64,000 nt of DNA from Stegostoma tigrinum. Its lineage: Eukaryota. Where the stretch lies: assembly GCF_030684315.1 (NCBI RefSeq), contig NC_081371.1, positions 12,469,441 to 12,533,440 on the forward strand, read 5' to 3'. Below, piece after piece: positions 25,415 through 36,330 of the stretch. The position numbers were made by a program, and so were the translations under genes. A model generated the notes under the pieces. The model had not been told where the DNA came from and searched no databases. It was given only the letters and a program-made list of their open reading frames with translations. Every line of letters begins with the position of its first letter. Positions within the stretch are counted from its first letter, which is position 1.

Positions 25415-26234
25415 AAACTAACCTTCCAGCTCAGCGAGCGAACTCACATCCAGAACTTCAACTTGAGCTACAAATCTTCTCAAAACTCACTAACTGAAGT
25501 GAAGTGTCTTAAAATCCTGAATAGACATGACAAGGTGGATATGGCTGGGATGTCTCCTCTTCTGGGTCAGCCTAGAACTTAAAACAGTCCCTTCAAAATT
25601 AGGAGTCACCTTTTCAGGACAAAGATGAGGAAAAATTTCCCTTGCAGAGGATTATGCAACTTTGGAACTCTGCTCCAGAAGGCAGAGGAAACAGAATCTT
25701 TAAATATTTTGAAGGCAGACATTGATAGATTCTTGCTAAGCAGGGTAATTCGAGTTATCAGAGTAGATGGGAATATGAAATTCCGAACACAGAGAGATCA
25801 GGCATGATTTAATTCAACGGTGAAGCAGGCTATAGGGTTTGAATAGTCTACTTCAGCTCCTATTAGTATGTTCATGTCATGTGAAATTCCTTTGTCTGAA
25901 TTTGACTGCTAATCATATTGATTTTAAGAATGTCATACCACACAAGACAAACTATAGATTTAATAGTAGAAAAGGCTTTTTAACTAGAGCTTTGTGCATC
26001 TACTCATGAGGCATGATCCTCTTAGAAAATTAACAGACATTTCAATTAGTCCATTGTAGATATCATCTCAACTAAAATCAAAGTAATTTCAAGGTATAAG
26101 TTTGATGTTTGTAACTAGTTTCACTCTAAGGCTAGTCACATGGCCACATTAGAACTTGTGAATCATGCATTGAAACTGAGAAATACACACAGACATTGAA
26201 TACTACATCAAAAAGCTGTTTCCTCCAAGTGATA

Positions 26235-26342
26235 ACAAAATGTGAAGCTGGATGAACACAGCAGGCCAAGCAGCATCTCAGGGGCACAAAAGCTGACGTT
26301 TTGGGCCTAGACCCTTCATTATCTCTGATCACAATTTTAACC
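26235..26342 (-). mobile_element. PLE terminal-repeat fragment
   Basis: Matches 22030-22120. 14-bp TSD TCCTCCAAGTGATA at 26221-26234 and 26343-26356. Confidence 0.85.
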
Positions 26343-27589
26343 TCCTCCAAGTGATACGAGGCAGTGTTGTAAACAAAGAAATTCCAAGAATATACATTGC
26401 ACGGAACAAACAAGAGTTGTGGACTCACATCCAAAATTCTTTCTTATACACCATTTTCTTTCCCCTTCATGTTGCTTCATTATTCATTCACCCATGCAAG
26501 TGTTCAGTATAAATGGCATATTTTCCAATGCATGAAGGACAGTCTCCTTGATTACAACACCAATTGTTTCCTTTAGTTATACAAATCCCAAAAAGTGTTC
26601 CTTTGTGCATGCAAGCTCACAACGATAAGTGTCCAAAGCCACATCCACAAAACAAATGAAGCCATTTCTTCAATTTGGCCGACATCTGATGCACAATTTA
26701 CAATGCATGAAATTACAGTGAGATTTTACATTTTTGTTTCATGGGTCTTGGTATGAGTTGAATCAGTTCATTCTAAATCACTTGCCCAAGATTTCCTTGT
26801 TTATTTCAGTATGTTTTATGATGCTCAGCCATAGCTGGATCATATTATTCTAGATATCTTGAATATCCAGGTATTCTACAAATTTCAATGTGTTCCGACT
26901 TGATAGGAATTTGCAGATGTTTTGTATTCCCCAAACTAAACTCTATAAGATTTGCTGTCAATATATTTCTTCTTGCTTTATGAGATGCATATTTTCTTCA
27001 TCAATGGTTTTCTCAATTATCAATTGCCGTTCCAGATTTTTTTTCCCATTCCTGAAAATGCTCAGAATGTCCACTACTTTTCTTGCTTACTGCTGGAATT
27101 GTAGGCATGGATTTTCCAATCTTTGGAACTTTTAAGAAAAATAAATGATGCACCAAGCATTACTGGTAAGCACTTTGTAACCACTGTAAACCATGAAGTC
27201 CTTTGACATGGAATAGTGTAGCAGCTTATGGTGCAGTTCTTCTCCATTGATAAGTTTCTTTCATAAGTAATGATCATTGAGAATTCTCTTTGATTACATA
27301 ACTCTAGCAAAATTAATTTGCTATATTTGTTCTGGCCCATGTTGCACTAAGATTGGTGCAACAATGAGCACCTTTAGGGCAAGAAACAGGACATAGTTCA
27401 AACTGGAGACAGGCCCATGTCCTTTCAAATCTTGGTCTTTTCAGAATTCGTGTTAATCTTATTGTCTTTCTCAAATTTTATTTCACCTTGTGAGACTGTG
27501 GGCAAATCTGTCATCTCACACTCAGTCTCAGCTTGATCCTCATTGCTACAAGTACATTTTGATGCAGTGGACAAAGACGCTATTTAAAA

Positions 27590-27895
27590 TTTTGTCTTTG
27601 GGACATTAGGCATTTATCCCTAGTTGCCCAGACAGCAGTCAAGAGTTGACAACATTGCTGTGGGTCTGGAGTCATACGTAGTCAGACCAGGTAAGGATGG
27701 CAAATATCTTCCCAAAGGACATTCGTGAACCAGATGGTTATGGTCACCAACAGACTAGATTTCCAGGAAAGAAAAGCCATATTTTTATTGAATTTTGTAA
27801 CCATGGTGAGATTTGAACCTCTGTCCCTGTGATATTTGCCTAAGCATTTGGATAATTAGTCTCATGACCCTATCACTAATGCCATTACCTCCCTT
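27590..27895 (-). mobile_element. tRNA-derived SINE (same family as 44926-45280)
   Basis: Reverse complement of the GGGAAG..ATTTGCCATCCTTACCTGGTCTG..TGACTCCAGACCCACAGCAATG body. Confidence 0.75.
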
Positions 27896-29825
27896 AAATT
27901 TTGGAGGGAACCTTTTCTCTCTTGTTTTGTTTTCCTTTTCAGCTTTCTGTTTTTGATGTTGTGCCTCAGAAGTTTATACTATCTCTGTTGACCTTTAAGA
28001 GCTGCTTGGATTTGTTGCGGTTGGAGGAAGCTCATACACTGTTCCTTATCCCAGTTGAACAGGATTGCCCTCCTCTTTGCCATTTTCCTGTTCCAGCTTT
28101 TATTAATTCTCAGATTCCCATTTCAAAGGATGCTGCTTCACTGTGAATGACCTCCTGTTGAAGATCACTGAGTGAAGGTGTTTGATTGGGCTGAAGGACC
28201 ACTAAGTCACTTAGGTAACGTGGCTGAACCAACAAGCACAAAGACCATGAGCAATGATGGGATTGTGCCAAAACGGGGAGCATCAGTGAGCACATGTGGG
28301 ATGGGGTGAGAACTGAATAAACTATTTGGTTGGGATATGGAGGCACCTAGGGAGAGTGCCACTGGAGGTCAGGAAAGAATTGTCTCAGAGCATTACAGAG
28401 GGCCTGAATTGAAACAAGAATGAACTTTAAATTGATTTTCATTGAGTGTGGAAAGTTTTTATTATCATTTTAAAGCTCGGTGTGATTTCAGCTCTGTTTG
28501 GTTTTGCCTCCATTCCACTCCAAATCTGCTGCCCTCGACAATTACCTGGATTAGCTAAAGTCTGCACCAGCTCTTCGAACAGGCAGTTTTTAGGTACAAC
28601 ACTTGAATTGCTGAAAAATTGTGCAGTGGCTGGACCCAGCTGTAACTAAAATCATACTATTTTCTTAAATTAAAAATGTTAATATTAGAGGTAATATATT
28701 ACAAATGAAATGGTGACTAACTGCCGAGTAGAGTAAAAGACGGGGAGATTTTCCTTTCAAAAAGAAACGACTTCACGTTTATCTGTATGTTTGGCTACTT
28801 GTCTTGTTTTCTTATTTAAAAATAGTTATACCTAAAGGACACTTTTGAACAGGCAAAAGAAAACTCCGAGGACATAAAATAAATTTTAAAAAGCTGTGGA
28901 TGCTGGAGATGTGAAACACTTTTAAACAGACAAAAGAAAGCTTCCATATAATAACATAAAATAAATTTTATAAGGTGTGGATGCTGGAGATCTGAAACAA
29001 ATTAGAAAGTGCTCGAGAAACCCAGCATCTACAGAGAGAAAAATAAGAGTTTCGAGTCCAAACGACCTTCGTCAAAATGGTTTTCAAACAAGCCTGGGCT
29101 TGTGCATCCACAATATAGTAACGGAATGATAGGTGAAAACTGACCGGAATAACGTCCGACGCCACTTTGTAGATATAATCCGAAACAGGGCCACTAAATT
29201 AGCAGCTCACTGCGGAAAGTCGAGTGGAAAGTTAAACAGACGCTTGTCGGACAGAGGGCGGAGCTAGCTGCTGTACATCTCACATCCAGGACATGTGAGA
29301 CAGAGCGCAGGACGAAAACAACCCCTCAAAAGGCACTGGAGAAAAATGTCAGAAAAGATGCAAATCAAGTACCAGCGAAGTAGGTTACTATGCCACTCAC
29401 AACTACTGAATAAGAGACCACAGCAGATGTCCCGAGATGTTCCCCAGCTAAATGCGGGAATCAGGACCTGGGTTGAGACAAAATGCCTGATCAGAGTCAC
29501 TGTGAGGGGAACCTGGCGATCGGAGAGCACAGAACCCTGTATCAGTGCTGAAGAGTGCGAGAGCCTGAGAGCAGAAAGGGATGCTGAGAGGAGCCGGGGA
29601 GCCTGGGACAGCTCAGACTGAAGCTGCGGGCAGGGAGACTGTCCCGAACATTAGCAGATTAACATCACCCCTGTGCACTAGGGAATGAGTAGCCACCACA
29701 CGTGGCTCACCATGACCATGACGAGTGACCGGGATTGGAATTAAGGTACAAATGATAACTGCATGGCAGATTCTTGAAAGTGGATGGATACGAGAATGAC
29801 TTGGTTCGGGTTTGGGTGCAATGTT

Positions 29826-30065
29826 CAAGAACAAAAGCAGAAGTTGCTGGAAAAGCTCGGCAGATCTGACAGCATCTGTGAAGGGAAAAAAAGTTACATT
29901 TTCGGGTCCGGTGATCCTTCTGAGGAAGGGTCTGAGGTTTTTGAGGAAGGGTCGTTGGAACTGAAACGTTAACTCTGATTTCTCTTCACAGATGCTGCTA
30001 GACCTGCTGAGTTTTTCCAGCAACTTCTGGTTTTCCTGACTTACAGCATCCACAGTTCTTAATTG
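29826..30065. mobile_element. fold-back PLE terminal-repeat pair
   Basis: CAGAAGTTGCTGGAAAAGCTCGGCAGATCTGACAGCATCTGTGAAG and CTTCACAGATGCTGCTAGACCTGCTGAGTTTTTCCAGCAACTTCTG are inverted arms. Hammerhead cores are decayed. Confidence 0.85.
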
Positions 30066-31404
30066 GTTGCAGTGTTGTTCAGAGTATTCGACCTGCTCGA
30101 GGTGGGGGGCGGGGGGGGAGCGGGTGCTGTATGACAAGCACACAGACATTAGCTTTTGTAGAGAGTTGTGAACAGCAGCGCTCTGACTCACTCGGAAATC
30201 CAGAAATTGTGGTGTGTTTCTCGCTGGGCTTTATAAGGCGACAGGGGAGGGCTCTTGTAGTACGTTGGTGGCGTCCCTACCTGTGGACGAGGAGGCCCAG
30301 GTTCAGGTTACCCCTGCTGCAGAGGTGTGAATAGGATGATCAGAAAAAATATATAAAGCGACGGGAAAACCGCCCCGTATCTCATTTATTTAGGCAGATT
30401 GCTCACAACTAGACTGCCACGATAAACACCGTTTTATTTCTGTCTGGTATCTGCAGGCGCAGAAACTGGACTCCATCTACACCTGTCAATACCAACACAT
30501 TGCATGCACGCTTCTGAAGAACTAGAGGCAACTTTAAAATTATTTCAATTTCATTCAGAGTCAAACCAAAGATGTGTAAATCTCAAGGTGTCCAACACAA
30601 AGGTTTCCATTCATAAGAGCTCGACCCCCCCCTAGTATTCAGAGATCTATTTTAAGGTCACACTAAATAGCTCTAAGAAACAGTAATTAAGGATTGAATG
30701 CAACCACTGGCTATATTTAGAGGAGCGGAGTCAATGTCTGCAGATAGGGCAAACGAAGGTCAAATTGTAACCACGGCTTAACACTCACACAGTTCTATCG
30801 TTGGATGACAGCACTAATAGTCGGTGTTTAGAAATTTAATAATAGACGTATCAACACTGAGGAGAATCCAAGCTTGTGCCATAATCTTTTGAAAAGAAAA
30901 ACATATACAACTGAGAACAAGTTTAGCCGCCTGCTTAATAATCTTGTTTTCTGGGAAATAATGCACAAGTTCACAGAATCGTCCTGATACAGAAGACTTT
31001 TTGCAGTAATATTACGCATCGTTTTTTTTTTAAATATTCCAATACCTGTTTACTGCCTCAATCTATTTTCCCTCAATCACACTCTAGGCAGTGCATTCCA
31101 GACCCTAAATACACACTGTGTGAAAACGTTTATTTTTCTCTCATCTTGCATTTGCTTCTTCTACAAAACACTTCACAACTATGCCCTCTGGTTGCCATCC
31201 ATTTATCAGACCGAGCAGTTTCTCACTGTTAACTCTGTCCAGACCCTTTATGATTTTCAAAACTTCTATCCAATCTCCTCTTCGCATTCTCGCCTGCAAA
31301 GTAAACAGTGCCAACTTTCCAGTCTTTGCTCAGAACTGAATTTTCTTGTCACTTGTACCAGTCTTATCAATCACTCCAATGCATTCAGATCCATTCTGTG
31401 GTAT

Positions 31405-31780
31405 GGTAGTCTGCACTGTCAAGGTAAAGTCACCATGGTATCCCAGAGGATAGGGTGCTGTCGTTAGAGATAGAACTGGTGGTGGTTTAACCTGAGCATT
31501 GCCACAACTCAGCTGAAGCAAGAGGTTGCAAAGGAGAGCCTTTCATCTTAATCACAGCTAGTACGGGAATCAAATCGACACTGTTAGCATGGGTCTGCAT
31601 TGCAAACCAACCATCCAACTGACCAAGATAACAAAGTGTGAAGCTGGATGAACACAGCAGGTCAAGTAGCATCTCAGGAGCACAAAAGCGGTGTTCATCC
31701 AGCTTCACACTTTGTTATCTTGGATTCTCCAGCATCTGCAGTTCTCATTGTCTCTGATCCAACTGACCAAGCTACCCTTC
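31405..31780 (-). mobile_element. tRNA-derived SINE interrupted at its head by a short PLE hairpin (31628-31756)
   Basis: 33-bp perfect inverted repeat CCAAGATAACAAAGTGTGAAGCTGGATGAACAC. 15-bp TSD ATCCAACTGACCAAG at 31613-31627 and 31757-31771. Confidence 0.7.
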
Positions 31781-32204
31781 TACTAGTATATAACACGTAC
31801 ACCTTGGTGCAATATTCAACCTGTAAACTCAAAGATAATTCAAAGGCCCAGCAAAAACCTTGTCAGTAATCTCATTGTTTAGTTCTTGCCATACGGGAAT
31901 ATTAATAACTGCAGGACAGGATATTAGCAGTTGACTTTTTTTTTAAAAAATTAAGAAATCATGAAATATGACTATCACCATGAAAGTAAATTTGACACAT
32001 TAGTCACCTTACACCAGAGTACCCTTGCCAAGCATAATATAGTGGGCAAGCAATTCACCTTTAGGACAGCGGGTGTTATTGCATTGCCCATTCATCAAAT
32101 TCAGTGTATGACATTTCCTTGAGGTCCATGGCCTGAAAGTTGTTTAGGCCTATTTTCAAACGTGAGGAGATAGTCATGATTCACTCCAGTCTCCGCTATT
32201 CTGA

Positions 32205-32223
32205 CAGTGCCCCCTACTGTTGT
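32205..32223 (-). promoter_or_regulatory. candidate CTCF site
   Basis: Minus strand CAACAGTAGGGGGCACTG closely matches the CTCF core CCASYAGRKGGCRSY. Confidence 0.5.
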
Positions 32224-32529
32224 CTTCAGCCTGCCAGTGCAGACTGTGACCCTCCAGTTGAAGCCCAGATAGCTGGAAAGATGATCTGTAATCTCTTCCT
32301 GAAGCCGCGCTGCAGTCATTGACAGAGTGTTGCTTTGGAAGGTGAGGACATGCAGGGAGGTGCACCTGAAAGACAGGCTCAGATGGTACACAGTGGGATA
32401 AACAGTAATATACTTGGAAATGAATGTTGTGGATCTCCAATTTCAAGCATACAACACAAGGAAGGACGGAAGGCACTGTGGTATTGTCCCAGCCTCTGAA
32501 GCAGGAGGCCCAGGTTTAAGTCTCCCACC

Positions 32530-35500
32530 ACACTTCCCCGGGGTCTCCCCCCCACGTCCCCGGGTATCTCCCGCCCACTCCCTCCCTGTCCCCCGGGGTC
32601 TCCCTCCCTGTCCCCCAGGATCTCCCCACCGACTCCCTCCCTGTCCCCCCGAGGTCTCCCCCTGACTCACTCCCTGTCCCACGAGGTTTCCGTCCCTGTC
32701 TCCCGGGGTCTGTCTCCCTGTCCCCCAGGTCTCCCCCTACTCCCTCCCTGTCCCCCGGGGTCTCCCCCCGACTCACTCCCTGTCCCACGGGGTCTCCCTC
32801 CCTGTTTCCCGGGGTCTCCCCCACAACTCCCTCCCTGTCCCACAGGGTCTCCCCCCCACCACGCCCTCACTGTCCCCTGGGGTCTCACCCCCCACCACTC
32901 CCTCCCTGTCCCCTGGGGTCTACACTCCCCACTCCCTCCCTGTCCCCCGGGGTCACCCACCCCCACTCCCTCCCTGTCCCCGGGGTCTCCCCCCCACCAC
33001 TCCCTCCCTGTCCCCCCAGGGTCTACCCCCACCACTCCCTCCCTGTCCCCCCGGGGTCTACCCCCACCACTCCCTCCCTGTCCCCCGGGGTCTCCCTCCC
33101 TGTCCCCCAGGATCTCCCCACCGACTCCCTCCCTGTCCCCTGGGGTCACCCGCCCCCACTCCCTCCCTGTCCCCCCGGGGTCTACCCCCACCACTCCCTC
33201 CCTGTCCCCCGGGGTCTCCCTCCCTGTTCCCCAGGATCTCCCCACCGACTCCCTCCCTGTCCCCCCGGGGTCTCCCTCCCTGTTCCCCAGGATCTCCCCA
33301 CCGACTCCCTCCCTGTCCCCCCGGGGTCTCCCTCCCTGTTCCCCAGGATCTCCCCACCGACTCCCTCCCTGTCCCCCCGGGGTCTCCCCCCCAACTCCCT
33401 CCCTGTCCGCCAGGGTCTCCCCCCTACTCCGTCCCTGTCCCCCCGAGGTCTCCCCCTGACTCACTCCCTGTCCCACGAGGTTTCCGTCCCTGTCTCCCGG
33501 GGTCTGTCTCCCTGTCCCCCAGGTCTCCCCCTACTCCCTCCCTGTCCCCCGGGGTCTCCCCCCGACTCACTCCCTGTCCCACGGGGTCTCCCTCCCTGTT
33601 TCCCGGGGTCTCCCCCACAACTCCCTCCCTGTCCCACAGGGTCTCCCCCCCACCACGCCCTCACTGTCCCCTGGGGTCTCACCCCCCACCACTCCCTCCC
33701 TGTCCCCTGGGGTCTACACTCCCCACTCCCTCCCTGTCCCCCGGGGTCACCCACCCCCACTCCCTCCCTGTCCCCGGGGTCTCCCCCCCACCACTCCCTC
33801 CCTGTCCCCCCAGGGTCTACCCCCACCACTCCCTCCCTGTCCCCCCGGGGTCTACCCCCACCACTCCCTCCCTGTCCCCCGGGGTCTCCCTCCCTGTCCC
33901 CCAGGATCTCCCCACCGACTCCCTCCCTGTCCCCTGGGGTCACCCGCCCCCACTCCCTCCCTGTCCCCCCGGGGTCTACCCCCACCACTCCCTCCCTGTC
34001 CCCCGGGGTCTCCCTCCCTGTTCCCCAGGATCTCCCCACCGACTCCCTCCCTGTCCCCCCGGGGTCTCCCCCCCAACTCCCTCCCTGTCCGCCAGGGTCT
34101 CCCCCCTACTCCGTCCCTGTCCCCCCGAGGTCTCCCCCTGACTCACTCCCTGTCCCACGAGGTTTCCGTCCCTGTCTCCCGGGGTCTGTCTCCCTGTCCC
34201 CCAGGTCTCCCCCTACTCCCTCCCTGTCCCCCGGGGTCTCCCCCCGACTCACTCCCTGTCCCACGGGGTCTCCCTCCCTGTTTCCCGGGGTCTCCCCCAC
34301 AACTCCCTCCCTGTCCCACGGGGTCTCCCCCCCACCACGCCCTCACTGTCCCCCGGGGTCTCACCCCCCACCACTCCCTCCCTGTCCCCTGGGGTCTACA
34401 CTCCCCACTCCCTCCCTGTCCCCCGGGGTCACCCGCCCCCACTCCCTCCCTGTCCCCGGGGTCTCCCCCCCACCACTCCCTCCCTGTCCCCCCAGGGTTT
34501 ACCCCCACCACTCCCTCCCTGTCCCCCCGGGGTCTACCCCCACCACTCCCTCCCTGTCCCCCCGGGGTCTACCCCCACCACTCCCTCACTGTCCCCCAGG
34601 GTCTCCCCTCACCACTCCCTCCCTGTCCCCCTGGGGTCTCCCCCCACCACTCCCTCCCTGTCCCCCCAGGGTCTCCCCTCACCACTCCCTCCCTGTCCCC
34701 CAGGGTCTCCCCTCACCACTCCCTCCCTGTCCTCCGGGGTCTCCCTCCATGACCCCCGGGCTCTCCCTCCCTGTCCCACGGGGTCTCCCCCCCACCACTC
34801 ACTCCCTGTCCCCCTGGGGTCTCCCCCCACCACTCCCTCCCTGTCCCCCCAGGGTCTCCCCTCACCACTCCCTCCCTGTCCTCCGGGGTCTCCCTCCATG
34901 TTTCCCGGGCTCTCCCTCCCTGTCCCACGGGGTCTCCCCCCCACCACTTCCTCCCTGTCCCCCCGGGGTCTCCCCTCACCACTCCCTCCCTGTCCTCCGG
35001 GATCTCCCTCCATGTCCCCCGGGCTCTCCCTCCCTGTCCCACGGGGTCTCCCCCTACCACTCCCTCCCTGTCCCCCGGGGTCTCCCTCCCTGTCCCCCAG
35101 GATCTCCCCACCGACTCCCTCCCTGTCCCCCGGGGTCACCCGCCCCCACTCCCTCCCTGTCCCCCCGGGGTCTACCCCCACCACTCCCTCCCTGTCCCCC
35201 GGGGTCTCCCTCCCTGTGCCCCAGGATCTCCCCACCGATTCCCTCCCTGTCTCCCCGGGGTCTCCCCCCCAACTCCCTCCCTGTCCGCCAGGGTCTCCCC
35301 CCTACTCCGTCCCTGTCCCCCCGAGGTCTCCCCCTGACTCACTCCCTGTCCCACGAGGTTTCCGTCCCTGTCTCCCGGGGTCTGTCTCCCTGTCCCCCAG
35401 GTCTCCCCCTACTCCCTCCCTGTCCCCCGGGGTCTCCCCCCGACTCACTCCCTGTCCCACGGGGTCTCCCTCCCTGTTTCCCGGGGTCTCCCCCACAACT

Positions 35501-36285
35501 CCCTCCCTGTCCCACGGGGTCTCCCCCCCACCACGCCCTCACTGTCCCCCGGGGTCTCACCCCCCACCACTCCCTCCCTGTCCCCTGGGGTCTACACTCC
35601 CCACTCCCTCCCTGTCCCCCGGGGTCACCCGCCCCCACTCCCTCCCTGTCCCCGGGGTCTCCCCCCCACCACTCCCTCCCTGTCCCCCCAGGGTCTACCC
35701 CCACCACTCCCTCCCTGTCCCCCCGGGGTCTACCCCCACCACTCCCTCCCTGTCCCCCCGGGGTCTACCCCCACCACTCCCTCACTGTCCCCCAGGGTCT
35801 CCCCTCACCACTCCCTCCCTGTCCCACGGGGTCTCCCCCCCACCACTTCCTCCCTGTCCCCCCGGGGTCTCCCCCCACCACTCCCTCCCTGTCCCCCGGG
35901 GTCTCCCCCCACCACTCCCTCCCTGTCCCCCCAGGGTCTCCCCTCACCACTCCCTCCCTGTCCTCCGGGATCTCCCTCCATGTCCCCCGGGCTCTCCCTC
36001 CCTGTCCCACGGGGTCTCCCCTCACCACTCCCTCCCTGTCCTCCGGGATCTCCCTCCATGTCCCCCGGGCTCTCCCTCCCTGTCCCACGGGGTCTCCACC
36101 CACCACTCACTCCCTGTCTCTCAGGGTCTACACTCCCCACTCCCTCCCTGTCGCCCGGGGACTCCCTCCCTGTCCCCAAGGGGTCTCCCCCCAACTCCCT
36201 CCCTGTTCCCCCCACCCCCCCCCCCGGCGTCTCCCCCCCGGGGTATCCGTCCCTGTTCCCCGGGGTCTCCCTCCGTGTCCCTGCC
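32530..36285. repeat. GC-rich minisatellite (VNTR), ~35-37 bp and ~23 bp variant units, with higher-order repeats
   Basis: The unit GGGGTCTCCCCCCACCACTCCCTCCCTGTCCCC is repeated with variants over ~3.75 kb. A marker variant (CGAGGTTTCCGTCCCTG) recurs near 32682, 33476, 34158 and 35354. Confidence 0.98.
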
Positions 36286-36288
36286 CCG

Positions 36289-36302
36289 GTTGCCATGGTG
36301 AC
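36289..36302 (+). promoter_or_regulatory. RFX X-box
   Basis: GTTGCCATGGTGAC, a near-palindromic X-box consensus, 28 bp upstream of the EFCAB10 ATG. Typical of ciliary gene promoters. Confidence 0.75.
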
Positions 36303-36330
36303 ACCGCCTGTTTACCGCTGGCGGACTGAC

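Larger units (their letters stand above)
25175..25492. mobile_element. fold-back PLE terminal-repeat insertion with ~135-bp arms
   Basis: 25175-25309 is a near-perfect reverse complement of ~25325-25459. 13-bp TSD ACTGAAGTGAAGT at 25167-25179 and 25493-25505. Confidence 0.9.
24790..25875 (+). mobile_element. CR1 (HER1-like) LINE 3' end, split by a PLE hairpin
   Basis: GTGCAGAAAGATTTAAGTATTCTGGTG, TTGGTGAGACCACATCTCAAATACTGTGTGCTGTTTTGGACTCCTTATTTAAGGAAGGAT (LVRPHLKYCVLFWTPYLRKD), and a CR1 3' UTR. Confidence 0.8.
26040..28364 (-). pseudogene. fossil hAT transposase (Tip100/Zaphod-like; TTF zinc finger + DUF4371 + catalytic core)
   Basis: Minus-strand frames give KRKTKQERKGSL, LVQHGPEQI, NGEELHHKLLHYS, LKFVEYL..YDPAMAEH, LGQVI*NELIQL, CASDVGQIEEMA, EHFLGFV, MKGKENGV*ERILDVSPQLLFVPCNVYSWN, P*SETSY. 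Many stops and frameshifts. Interrupted by a PLE repeat (26235-26342) and a SINE (27590-27895). Confidence 0.8.

Noticed and set aside
25175-25460. pre-miRNA or DNA-transposon MITE interpretation of the hairpins
   Set aside because: The arms match Penelope terminal repeats, and the TSDs are long and variable (10-16 bp), unlike the fixed TSDs of cut-and-paste MITEs.
29211-29335. Minus-strand coding exon (good acceptor TTTTTCTCCAG, donor GTGAGC)
   Set aside because: Stops in all three frames, so at most a non-coding exon.
32530-36285. CRISPR-like array (~36-bp repeats)
   Set aside because: The units are contiguous with no unique spacers, there are no cas genes, and the context is vertebrate.
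32443-36329. Long Pro/Ser/Leu-rich (+) and Gly/Arg/Glu-rich (-) ORFs up to 526 aa, collagen- or mucin-like
   Set aside because: They are open in several frames on both strands because the minisatellite unit has almost no stop codons. Unit lengths vary by non-multiples of 3, so no frame is preserved.
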